Positions 1-8,100 of a stretch of DNA of 34,756 nucleotides are shown here, piece after piece. The DNA is taken from IMG/VR virus record IMGVR_UViG_3300034050_000106, positions 1 through 34,756 of that record; one strand, given 5' to 3'. Numbering within the stretch: the stretch's first letter is position 1; each line of letters starts with the position of its first letter. The position numbers were made by a program, and so were the translations under genes. The notes below the pieces were generated by a model. That model worked only from the letters and a program-made list of their open reading frames with translations. It made no database searches and was not told the DNA's origin. Source of the stretch: a virus. Lineage: Duplodnaviria > Caudoviricetes.

Positions 1-127
1 CGTATCATTCGTGACTTAGAATCTATGGGCTTTGTTAGGCGCGATGAAGTGCTTGGCAAAGGGAATCGTTATTGGATTTCGATACCCCTGACACAGTGTC
101 ACCCCTGTCCCAGTGTCACCCCACCCC
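1..127. repeat. 127-bp terminal direct repeat (circular assembly overlap), copy 1
   Basis: Bases 1-127 are identical to 34630-34756; the replication ORF reads in frame across the junction. Confidence 0.97.
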
Positions 128-519
128 TGACAGAGAGTCACCCCACCCCTGACACAGTGTCACCCAATACACCAAAGATACATCAATTAACCACCAAGTA
201 TATAAGAGCGGAGCTTCCAGATTGGATTCCGATTGATGCTTGGAATGGTTGGGTAGAGATGCGAATGATTCGCAAGAAGCCATTAACAGACAGAGCTTAC
301 AATCAAGCTATCAGCAAGCTGGACACATTAAGAGCTAAAGGCCAAAACATAACAGAGGTTCTAGATCGCAGCACAATGAATAGCTGGACAGACCTTTACG
401 AAATTAAGGAGCAGAAAAATGGCACAACAAATCGGACAACTGGTAACCCTAGAAACGAAAACGGCTTTGCCGCAGCACTTCGATATGTCGCGGATGGACG
501 ACCTAATGAACCGTTCTGA
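1..519 (+). CDS. Phage replication initiator, 3' part (full gene 34465..34629 + 1..519, ~227 aa)
   Basis: The frame continues from ATG 34465 across the junction. N-terminal HTH, central iteron-encoded Pro/Thr linker, C-terminal AWNGWVEMR..KKPLT..NSWTDL domain typical of lambdoid O-position initiators. Confidence 0.85.
   Translation, partial: RIIRDLESMGFVRRDEVLGKGNRYWISIPLTQCHPCPSVTPPLTESHPTPDTVSPNTPKIHQLTTKYIRAELPDWIPIDAWNGWVEMRMIRKKPLTDRAYNQAISKLDTLRAKGQNITEVLDRSTMNSWTDLYEIKEQKNGTTNRTTGNPRNENGFAAALRYVADGRPNEPF
84..165. repeat. Four 17-bp iterons (ACCCCTGACACAGTGTC consensus), probable replication origin
   Basis: Copies at 84-100, 101-117, 123-139 and 145-161, with palindromic core TGACAC-A-GTGTCA, followed by an A-rich tract (~166-207). 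Located inside the initiator gene, as lambda ori is in O. Confidence 0.85.
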
Positions 520-1000
520 GCTTACAGTATCAGAGTGCGATGAGCTAAGGTCGCTTGCCCTAGCGATGCCGATCGAGAACGTGCCAGTAGAAACACACGA
601 GCTTGCCAAGCAACTGCAATTCATTGAAGCGACCCTGCCAAGCAAGAACACCGACGAGCAAAGAGGACAGATGCGGACAGCAGTCTATGCGCGGATTCTT
701 GGAGGCTACACGAAGGAAGCCCTAAGCTACATGACTGAGCGCGTCTGTAAGGAGCTGGATTGGTTCCCAACACCTCGCCAGTGCTTAGAGATATTGGAAG
801 GCTACACGCCACGAACGACGAAAAAGGACAAGGCGCTTCGCATCTGTTTGAATAACACAGAGGCAAGGTTCGAAGAATTTATTATGTCGCTTCGCTGCGG
901 TGAGCCTGTTGAGCTAAGTGCCAAGCCAGAGCGTTGGTTGCGTATTGCTGAAGAACGCGGCTACCTTCGAAGGGTTGACGGGGAATTCACAGTCAGGTGA
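419..1000 (+). CDS. Probable helicase loader / replication protein (lambda P position)
   Basis: AAGGAG RBS; directly follows and overlaps the initiator; WFPTPRQC motif resembles the FPxPAE motif of phage loader-type proteins. Confidence 0.5.
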   Translation: MAQQIGQLVTLETKTALPQHFDMSRMDDLMNRSELTVSECDELRSLALAMPIENVPVETHELAKQLQFIEATLPSKNTDEQRGQMRTAVYARILGGYTKEALSYMTERVCKELDWFPTPRQCLEILEGYTPRTTKKDKALRICLNNTEARFEEFIMSLRCGEPVELSAKPERWLRIAEERGYLRRVDGEFTVR

Positions 1001-1158
1001 GCGCTGCTACCAACTTGATGTGCGATCTGATTCGCTATCAATCAGGAAAGATATCAATGGATGATATACGAAAGAACTGGGCTAAGGGACGATACAAAGG
1101 CGCACCCGAAGCCTGGGCAATCGCTGCCATCGCACACGCAAAACGACAAAAATCGTAA
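997..1158 (+). CDS. Hypothetical 53-aa protein (MSAATNLMCDLIRYQSGK...), not in the ORF track
   Basis: GTG start overlaps the upstream TGA (GTGA coupling); open to TAA 1156-1158. Confidence 0.65.
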   Translation: MSAATNLMCDLIRYQSGKISMDDIRKNWAKGRYKGAPEAWAIAAIAHAKRQKS

Positions 1159-1163
1159 TTGAT

Positions 1164-1248
1164 TGAAAAAAGTGCTTTACAGAATAAATGCCACTTTTTA
1201 TAAGGAGGCATCAGCAAGGGAATTATCCCGCCAACAAGGAGACTGATT
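1164..1248 (+). promoter_or_regulatory. Early promoter + leader cassette, copy A
   Basis: A-tract, TTTACA (1176-81), 17-nt spacer, TATAAG (1199-1204), GGGA-ATTA-TCCC hairpin, AAGGAG RBS. Same architecture as copy B at 29494-29580. Confidence 0.75.
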
Positions 1249-1494
1249 ATGAGCCAAAGCCTTACAGAATTAGCACAAGCCGCCATCGACGCGCTCAAAG
1301 CCTTTAACGCAGAGCGCGACCGCCAGCAACGCGCATGGGCGCAGTCACGCTTTGGACAAAACTTTCGTGGAAATGGCCCAGACATACATGAGCATCAGCA
1401 CATCGAACTGCGCCAGGAAATGGTTCACTTCGATGAGCAGCCACTGGAAACTTTAGAGGAGCTGGTTTGGCTTAACGATATGGTGGAGGCATGA
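1249..1494 (+). CDS. Hypothetical early protein
   Basis: Strong RBS after promoter A; ATGA overlap with the next gene. Confidence 0.7.
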   Translation: MSQSLTELAQAAIDALKAFNAERDRQQRAWAQSRFGQNFRGNGPDIHEHQHIELRQEMVHFDEQPLETLEELVWLNDMVEA

Positions 1495-2126
1495 CATCGA
1501 CAATTCTTAAAGTGCTGGTCGCCTGTGAATATAGCGCAACAGTCAGGGACGCTTTCCGCGCTCTGGGCCATGATGCTTGGTCGTGTGATTTACTTCCGAC
1601 AGATGGAGACCCTGCATATCACTTTGAAGGGGACGCACTTGCGTTAGCGCATAGGGGTGATTGGGATTTAATGATAGCCCATCCGCCTTGCACCTATATG
1701 ACAAATGCTGGAGTGCATTGGCTTCATAAAGACCCAACGCGCTGGGCAAAACTAGATGAAGGTGCAGCCTTCTTCAAGGCTCTTTGGGATGCTCCAATCG
1801 AACGCATAGCCATAGAGAATCCAGTAATGCACAAATATGCCAAAGAGCGCATCGGTGGAATGCAGCAAACGCAAACCATTCAGCCGTATCAGTTTGGACA
1901 TATGGAGCAAAAAGCTACTTGCCTATGGCTTAAAGGGCTGATGCCGCTTCGACCAACTACTGATCTAAAGGCAGAAACAAAAGCATTGCCAGATAACGAA
2001 CGGCAACGCTTGCACTACTTACCGCCATCGGCTGACAGATGGAAACTACGTAGCACTACGTTTAAAGGAATTGCCGCAGCGATGGCAGACCAATGGGGTG
2101 GCTCAACAATTAATTTTGAGGATTAA
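1491..2126 (+). CDS. Compact DNA cytosine-C5 methyltransferase-like protein
   Basis: VLVACEYS SAM-binding loop, HPPC catalytic motif, IENPV motif, C-terminal RSTTFxGIAxAMAxQWG. Confidence 0.8.
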   Translation: MTSTILKVLVACEYSATVRDAFRALGHDAWSCDLLPTDGDPAYHFEGDALALAHRGDWDLMIAHPPCTYMTNAGVHWLHKDPTRWAKLDEGAAFFKALWDAPIERIAIENPVMHKYAKERIGGMQQTQTIQPYQFGHMEQKATCLWLKGLMPLRPTTDLKAETKALPDNERQRLHYLPPSADRWKLRSTTFKGIAAAMADQWGGSTINFED

Positions 2127-2132
2127 AATACA

Positions 2133-2435
2133 ATGATTTACGCAGATTTAATTCGCCAATGGGCAAAAGACCGCAACCTGATCGAAGGGAGCGATATTAA
2201 AAGTCAATTCGTAAAGCTTATTGAGGAAGCTGGAGAGCTGGCTAACTCTATCGCTAAAAAGAACGACATAGAGTTTGCGGATGCCATCGGAGACATGGTT
2301 GTCGTTCTAACTATCATGGCGGCACAGAACGGAATGATGATTGAGGATTGCATAGATGCAGCGTGGCAGCAAATTAGGGATCGCAAGGGTAAGATGGTTG
2401 ACGGGATTTTCATCAAGGAAGCAGATAATGTTTGA
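2133..2435 (+). CDS. MazG-like nucleotide pyrophosphohydrolase
   Basis: KLIEEAGELA...DAIGD acidic motifs and the IRDRKGKMVDGIFIKE tail of phage MazG-like proteins. Confidence 0.88.
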   Translation: MIYADLIRQWAKDRNLIEGSDIKSQFVKLIEEAGELANSIAKKNDIEFADAIGDMVVVLTIMAAQNGMMIEDCIDAAWQQIRDRKGKMVDGIFIKEADNV

Positions 2436-2745
2436 TGATGAATATGTGGAAGCGGAAGAAGTAATAGTGCTTGTTGATAGTCGTGGCATGACGCCAAGGC
2501 AGGCTAACATGATAGATATTGAAGCCATCGCTAATGCGTATGATTACACAGCCGAAGACGTTCTAGGCAAAAGCAAACTGAAGGCACTGGTAGCAGTAAG
2601 GCGTAAGTGCGTTGTCATGCTAAGGCGTAGAGGTTATTCCACAACAGAGATAGGTAGGATTATGCACCGCGATCACAGCACCATCTGCCATGCTTTGAGT
2701 GCTGCTAAACTTAAGGGTGAGTATAATGACCCCATCGAAGCTTAA
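2428..2745 (+). CDS. DnaA C-terminal (domain IV) HTH protein
   Basis: STTEIGRIMHRDHSTICHA matches the DnaA domain IV signature (SLxEIGxxFGxRDHTTVxHA). Start at ATG 2428 after AAGGAAG. Confidence 0.8.
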   Translation: MFDDEYVEAEEVIVLVDSRGMTPRQANMIDIEAIANAYDYTAEDVLGKSKLKALVAVRRKCVVMLRRRGYSTTEIGRIMHRDHSTICHALSAAKLKGEYNDPIEA

Positions 2746-2944
2746 GCTAGCCAGGATATATCTAGGTTACAGCCTAACGGACATGGCTGATGCACTTCGC
2801 CTATCACAGACAAGTGGCGCGACCACCATCCGCAAGATGGAATCTGGCAAGGTAAACATCACTGGGCCTATAATGGTGGCAGTCGATGCAATGCTAAAGG
2901 GATATGATCCATTCGAAGGAGAGAATGACGATGACGCACCTTAA
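2726..2944 (+). CDS. XRE-family HTH transcriptional regulator
   Basis: LKLARIYLGYSLTDMADAL...TIRKMESG pattern. Confidence 0.8.
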   Translation: MTPSKLKLARIYLGYSLTDMADALRLSQTSGATTIRKMESGKVNITGPIMVAVDAMLKGYDPFEGENDDDAP

Positions 2945-3302
2945 TGACCACCAAATAGGCGGAGACCATTACGCATCGAAGGCAGTACAGCCCTGGCAGG
3001 CAATGGGAGCATGGATGTCTAGAGAAGCGTTTGCTGGATTCTTACATGGGAATTGTATAAAGTATCTAGCACGATATAAAGATAAGAACGGTATCGAAGA
3101 CCTGAAGAAGTGCCAGCACTATCTGTCAAAGCTTATTGATGTGGAAAGCAACGAAATCAGTGTAGTAGTTGACAGGCATCAATTTGAAGCTGGCAGGCAA
3201 TCTGCTATAAATGGTGGGCAGATTAATAGTGCCTTCAGAGCGACAGCGCATAAAGATTGGCTAGCAGGCTATGACCAAGCGAAGGAGGAAACCAATGATT
3301 AA
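2925..3302 (+). CDS. DUF3310 (SaV-like) protein with an Rmf-like C-terminal extension
   Basis: QIGGDHY, GFLHGNCIKYLARYKDKNGIEDLKKCQHYL; C-terminal FEAGRQSAING...WLAGYDQA. Confidence 0.8.
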   Translation: MTMTHLNDHQIGGDHYASKAVQPWQAMGAWMSREAFAGFLHGNCIKYLARYKDKNGIEDLKKCQHYLSKLIDVESNEISVVVDRHQFEAGRQSAINGGQINSAFRATAHKDWLAGYDQAKEETND

Positions 3303-3654
3303 AAAACTATCATTATTTGCATTCATGGCGTTAGCTATATCAACGCCAGTTCAAGCCGCAGAAATCGATGAAATAGACGTCCAGATTTGTGAGATGCTTG
3401 GAGCCGCAGCAACTGCCGTTATGACTGCGCGACAGAATAACAGACCGCCAACTTATATTCGTGGAAAACTGAAGGACATTCTAGTTGAGAATGAGATGGT
3501 ATACGTTCTGCCCATGATCGATATATACATCACGGAAGCGTATGAGCAGACTGCATACAGCACAGAAAAGATGAAGGATTGGGCAATCGCTAGCTTTCAA
3601 TCTGACAAGGAAGCTGAGTGCCTTCGTCACTTCTTCAAGAAGGATGATGCATAA
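3295..3654 (+). CDS. Exported protein with Sec signal peptide
   Basis: GAGGA RBS; MIKK + hydrophobic stretch + VQA-A cleavage site; two Cys in the mature part. Confidence 0.7.
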   Translation: MIKKLSLFAFMALAISTPVQAAEIDEIDVQICEMLGAAATAVMTARQNNRPPTYIRGKLKDILVENEMVYVLPMIDIYITEAYEQTAYSTEKMKDWAIASFQSDKEAECLRHFFKKDDA

Positions 3655-3657
3655 GCA

Positions 3658-4350
3658 ATGGTTGATCCTGTCATCATTGGCAACGCAACACTGTATTCAG
3701 GAGACTGCCGCGACATTCTGCCGACGCTTGGTAAGGTTGATGCTGTTGTGACTGACCCGCCGTATGGGATTGGGGAAAGTGCAGCAAAGGCGAAGACGCG
3801 CACTAGCGGGTTAAAGGCACTGACCAAGGGCATGAAAGACCCACAATGTTACGTCAAAGACTACGGCGACGATGATTGGGACAAAGAGCCAATCCCTGCG
3901 GAACTGATGGATATGGTTCGCGCTGCGGGCCGCTGGAACATAATCTTTGGCGGAAATTACTATGCGCTTCCAGCAACCTCGTGCTGGCTTGTTTGGGATA
4001 AGTTAAACGGGGACACAGATTTTGCAGACTGCGAACTAGCATGGACTAACTTACGCAAGGCCGTGCGTCGCATAAATTTTCTTTGGAACGGTTGCATGAG
4101 GGCAAACGGGGAAACACGTGGCGACCATCCTACGCAAAAGCCCATAGGCGTTATGAAGTGGGCGATAGGGCATCTGCCAGAGCCATCCAGCACAATCCTA
4201 GACCCCTTCATGGGCAGCGGAACAACAGGCGCTGCAGCCGTTCAGATGGGAAAGAAGTTTATCGGCATAGAACGCGAACCTAAGTATTTCGACATAGCCT
4301 GTAAGCGCATTGAAGATGCACAAAAGCAGGGAGACCTTTTCATTTCATGA
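3658..4350 (+). CDS. DNA N6-adenine/N4-cytosine methyltransferase (beta class)
   Basis: TDPPYG catalytic motif, HPTQKP, and DPFMGSGTTG SAM motif in beta-class order. Confidence 0.93.
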   Translation: MVDPVIIGNATLYSGDCRDILPTLGKVDAVVTDPPYGIGESAAKAKTRTSGLKALTKGMKDPQCYVKDYGDDDWDKEPIPAELMDMVRAAGRWNIIFGGNYYALPATSCWLVWDKLNGDTDFADCELAWTNLRKAVRRINFLWNGCMRANGETRGDHPTQKPIGVMKWAIGHLPEPSSTILDPFMGSGTTGAAAVQMGKKFIGIEREPKYFDIACKRIEDAQKQGDLFIS

Positions 4351-4399
4351 TTGCTGGTGTATTGAACAAATACCAGACCTTTTATGGAAGCTGAGACAG

Positions 4400-4804
4400 A
4401 TGGCGTTAACACCTAAACAAGAGCGATTCGCTCAAGAAGTTGCATCAGGCAAAAGCCAAGCAGAGGCTTACAGAACAGCCTTTAATGTTAAGCCGACTAC
4501 TAAACCAGAGACAAGCCAAGCAAACGCTTGCAGGCTAATGGCAGATAGCAATGTTTCAACAAGGGTTGCTGAATTAAAGGCAGCAGTTGCTGAACGTGTC
4601 ATGTGGACGATGGCAGACAGCCTTGATGTGCTGTCCACGATAGCCAAAGGATTGGACTCTGACGCAAAGCCAAGCGACAAAGTAAACGCTGTAAAAGCTA
4701 TCAATGCAATGATTGGCCTTGACGCTCCGTCCAAGCTGAATCTCACGGGCAATCTGGTTACACACATCCAGCGCGAAGTGATTGATGACAACGCTGAAGA
4801 TTAA
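4400..4804 (+). CDS. terS: Terminase small subunit
   Basis: MALTPKQERFAQE...SQAEAYRTAF HTH N-terminus; lies immediately upstream of TerL. Confidence 0.88.
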   Translation: MALTPKQERFAQEVASGKSQAEAYRTAFNVKPTTKPETSQANACRLMADSNVSTRVAELKAAVAERVMWTMADSLDVLSTIAKGLDSDAKPSDKVNAVKAINAMIGLDAPSKLNLTGNLVTHIQREVIDDNAED

Positions 4805-6008
4805 AACCCCGCGATGGTTCAAGCCATTCCTAAAGCCAAGTCGCTATAAGGGCGCACATGGTGGTCGTGGATCGGGAAAGTCGCACGCTTTCGCTGAGGC
4901 CATGATTGAAGCGCACGTTATAGATCAGACGCGCCGTTCTGTCTGCGTGCGTGAAATACAGAAGTCCCTAAGCCAATCAGTCAAGCGCCTACTGGAGCTA
5001 AAGATTCAGCAGATGGGCGTGCAGTCCTACTTTGAAGTGCAAGAGACGCAGATTAAATCTGTGCATGGTGATGGCCTAATAATCTTCCAGGGGATGCAGA
5101 ACCACACAAGCGATTCCATTAAGTCGCTCGAAGGCTATGACTGTGCTTGGGTAGAAGAAGCGCAGAGCTTATCACAGCGATCGCTTGACCTATTGCGTCC
5201 TACAATCCGTAAGCCAAGCAGTGAGCTATGGTTCACATGGAACCCGCGCAACAGCACTGATCCGATCGACGCACTGCTTCGTGGGCCTAATCTTCCACCA
5301 AGCGCAATCGTAAAAGAAGTAAACTTCCGCGACAACCCTTGGTTCCCTGACGTTCTCAAGGACGAAATGGAATACGATAGGGAGCGCGACCCTGATAAAT
5401 ACAAGCACGTTTGGCTGGGCTCATATCTAGGCAACAGCGAAGCACGTGTATTCCGCAACTGGACTGTTGAGGAGTTTGATGCGCCTGAAGACGCAACGCA
5501 TCGCTTCGGCGCTGACTGGGGATTTGCTACAGACCCTACAGTCTTGGTTCGTTGCCACCTGATAGGCCGAAAGCTTTACGTTGATTACGAAGCTTACATG
5601 GTAGGCTGCGAGATCGTAAACACGCCAGACCTGTTTCTGACGATACCGGAATCAGAAAAGTGGCCTATCGTTGCCGATAACGCTCGACCCGAAACAATCA
5701 GCCACATGAAGAAGAATGGCTTTCCAAAGATTATGCCAGCCGTCAAAGGCCCTAAATCTGTAGAGGAAGGCATTGAGTGGCTGAAGAACTACGACATTGT
5801 AGTGCATCCGCGCTGTCAGCATACGATCGACGAGCTATCTCTTTACAGCTATAAAACAGACCCCTTGACAGGTAATATTATTCCTGTCTTGGAAGATAAG
5901 GATAATCATGTTATTGACGCATTGAGATATGCGTGCGAAGCTTTGCGTCGGGCAACACCAAAGGCGTCCGTTGAAGTAATGCCCATGCCGACATTGAATA
6001 GGTGGTAA
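4785..6008 (+). CDS. terL: Terminase large subunit, PBSX family
   Basis: GGRGSGKS Walker A, WVEEA Walker B, FGADWGFATDP nuclease motif, DNHVIDALRYA. Confidence 0.97.
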   Translation: MTTLKIKTPRWFKPFLKPSRYKGAHGGRGSGKSHAFAEAMIEAHVIDQTRRSVCVREIQKSLSQSVKRLLELKIQQMGVQSYFEVQETQIKSVHGDGLIIFQGMQNHTSDSIKSLEGYDCAWVEEAQSLSQRSLDLLRPTIRKPSSELWFTWNPRNSTDPIDALLRGPNLPPSAIVKEVNFRDNPWFPDVLKDEMEYDRERDPDKYKHVWLGSYLGNSEARVFRNWTVEEFDAPEDATHRFGADWGFATDPTVLVRCHLIGRKLYVDYEAYMVGCEIVNTPDLFLTIPESEKWPIVADNARPETISHMKKNGFPKIMPAVKGPKSVEEGIEWLKNYDIVVHPRCQHTIDELSLYSYKTDPLTGNIIPVLEDKDNHVIDALRYACEALRRATPKASVEVMPMPTLNRW

Positions 6009-6011
6009 TGA

Positions 6012-8084
6012 ATGGCTCGATTAACTAGAGACCAGCGTTTTGCAAACGTACACGCTAATGCGCTGGCAGAATTCGATCGCTGCCAGACAACTATGCGTGA
6101 CGAACGCTTGCAGTGTTTGCAGGACAGACGCTTCTACTCTCTCGCTGGCGCACAATGGGAAGGCCCACTTGGTGAGCAGTTCGAGAACAAGCCGCGCTTT
6201 GAAGTAAACAAGATTGCTCTAAGCGTCATTCGTATCATCAATGAATATCGCAATAACCGCATTGGCGTTGACTTCGTATCCAAAGACGGGACTGAGAACG
6301 ACAAGCTATCAGCAACCTGTAACGGTCTCTATCGTGCGGATGAACGTGACAGCGGTGCGGAAGAAGCTTACGACAACGCTTTTGAGGAAGCAGTAGGCGG
6401 TGGCTATGGTGCATGGCGCTTACGCACTGTGTATGAAGATGACGAAGACGATGAGAACGATCGCCAGCGCATCCGCATTGAACCTATATTTGACGCTGAT
6501 AGCAGTGTCTTCTTCGACCTAGACGCCAAGCGCCAGGACAAAGCCGACGCTAGATATTGCTTTGTTATCTACAGCATGAGCTTCCAAGCTTACCGCGATG
6601 AGTTTAACGACGATCCAACCACATGGCCTAAAGACATTCAGCAGACAGAGTTTGATTGGTGCACGCCTGACGTTGTGTATGTTGCTGAATACTACCGCGT
6701 TGAAGAAGTGCGCGAGACTGTTCGCATCTTCACCACGATAGCAGGCGAAGAAGAACGCTACACGCAAGCTGACTTTGACGCTGACGAAACGCTTGAAGAA
6801 ACTTTGGCAGCTGTCGGCACTATAGAGGTACGCCAGAAGCGCACTAAGCGCCGCAAGGTTCACAAGTATATCATGAGCGGTGGCGGCGTCCTTGAGGATG
6901 CTGGCTACATTGCTGGCAAGAACATCCCGATCGTTCCTGTCTACGGCAAGCGTTGGTTTGTTGATAACGTAGAGCGTTGCATGGGCCAAGTGCGCCTAGC
7001 GAAAGACCCGCAACGTCTAAAGAATATGCAGCTATCGAAGCTTGGCGAGATCAGCGCACTTTCATCCGTTGAAAAGCCAATCCTGTTGCCTGAGCAAGTT
7101 TCAGGTCATCAAGTGATGTGGGCGGAAGATAACCTACGCAACTATCCTTACCTCCTGGTCAATCCTATCACTGGCCCCAATGGCGAGACACAAGCTGCTG
7201 GGCCTGTTGCTTACACCAAGTCGCCACAGATTCCGCCAGCGATGGCTGCGCTGCTTGCTCTGACTGAGCAGGACATGGCTGAGATTCTTGGCAACAATCA
7301 GCAAGCTGAAAAGATGACTAGCAACATCAGCGGCAAGGCTGTTGAGCTAATCCAGACGCGCCTTGATATGCAGTCGTTCATCTACATGACCAACATGGCC
7401 AAGGCTGTGCGTCGCTGTGGCGAGATATGGCTGTCAATGGCTAAGGACATTTACGTAGAAGAAAAACGTAAGATGAAGACGATCGGCTCTATGGAGGAAA
7501 TTGCCTCTGTTGAATTGATGAAGCCAATCATTGAAGAAGAAACTGGTGAACTTGTTTACGAGAACGACCTAAGTAATGCGACCTTTGACGTTGCTGTAGA
7601 CGTAGGCCCATCGTTCAGCAGCCGACGCGATGCGACTGTCCGTGCGCTTACTGGCATGATGCAGGTAACAACTGACCCGCAAACACAGCAAGTCTTGCAG
7701 GCTATGGCTATCATGAACATGGACGGCGAAGGCATTGACGATGTTCGTGAATACTTCCGTAAGCAGCTTGTCCAGCTAGGCGTATTGCAGCCTACTGAAG
7801 AAGAACAGCAGCAGATGATGGAAGCGCAAGCTAATGTGCAGCAAGATGCACAGACCACTTACTTGCTTGCTGAAGCCGCTAAGTCACAGGCTCAAGCTAT
7901 CCAAGCACAAGCTAACACTGAATATACATTGGCACGTTCGGAAGAAACGAAGGCCAAGACAGCAGAGACCATCTCAAACATCGACATTGACCAGCGCAAG
8001 TCGGCAATTGAGACTGCTGAAAAGATTGGGGAAGCACTGCGACCCCAGACGAATGCGGTTCCACCCACCGCGCAATTTGGGTGA
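6012..8084 (+). CDS. Portal protein (P22 gp1-like)
   Basis: 690 aa after TerL; RPRFEVNKI-like, G.GAWR, AKDPQRLKN and SGKAV motifs; Gln/Ala-rich C-terminal barrel helix. Confidence 0.92.
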   Translation: MARLTRDQRFANVHANALAEFDRCQTTMRDERLQCLQDRRFYSLAGAQWEGPLGEQFENKPRFEVNKIALSVIRIINEYRNNRIGVDFVSKDGTENDKLSATCNGLYRADERDSGAEEAYDNAFEEAVGGGYGAWRLRTVYEDDEDDENDRQRIRIEPIFDADSSVFFDLDAKRQDKADARYCFVIYSMSFQAYRDEFNDDPTTWPKDIQQTEFDWCTPDVVYVAEYYRVEEVRETVRIFTTIAGEEERYTQADFDADETLEETLAAVGTIEVRQKRTKRRKVHKYIMSGGGVLEDAGYIAGKNIPIVPVYGKRWFVDNVERCMGQVRLAKDPQRLKNMQLSKLGEISALSSVEKPILLPEQVSGHQVMWAEDNLRNYPYLLVNPITGPNGETQAAGPVAYTKSPQIPPAMAALLALTEQDMAEILGNNQQAEKMTSNISGKAVELIQTRLDMQSFIYMTNMAKAVRRCGEIWLSMAKDIYVEEKRKMKTIGSMEEIASVELMKPIIEEETGELVYENDLSNATFDVAVDVGPSFSSRRDATVRALTGMMQVTTDPQTQQVLQAMAIMNMDGEGIDDVREYFRKQLVQLGVLQPTEEEQQQMMEAQANVQQDAQTTYLLAEAAKSQAQAIQAQANTEYTLARSEETKAKTAETISNIDIDQRKSAIETAEKIGEALRPQTNAVPPTAQFG

Positions 8085-8095
8085 GTTGATGGGGT
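8042..8095 (+). promoter_or_regulatory. Predicted H-type pseudoknot + SD-sequestering helix upstream of the scaffold gene
   Basis: GCGG(8055-58)/CCGC(8068-71); CACCCA(8062-67)/TGGGTG(8078-83); ACCCCA(8042-47)/TGGGGT(8090-95, the RBS). Confidence 0.55.
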
Positions 8096-8100
8096 AGTAT

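Noticed and set aside
1-127. Terminal repeat as a biological DTR
   Set aside because: It is exactly 127 bp (a common assembler k-mer) and falls mid-gene; best read as a circular assembly overlap.
84-165. Repeat array as CRISPR or DGR repeats
   Set aside because: No unique spacers, no cas or reverse transcriptase gene; position and structure fit iterons.
2133-3302. Base-substitution pathway (dZ or 7-deazaguanine) suggested by MazG/DUF3310
   Set aside because: No PurZ, DatZ, Que/Dpd genes or phage DNA polymerase are visible.
4310-4399. Extended N-termini in the ORF track (TerS from 4310; also 2356, 31777, 29340)
   Set aside because: Upstream near-cognate starts overlap other genes; internal ATGs fit RBS, coupling and family N-termini better.
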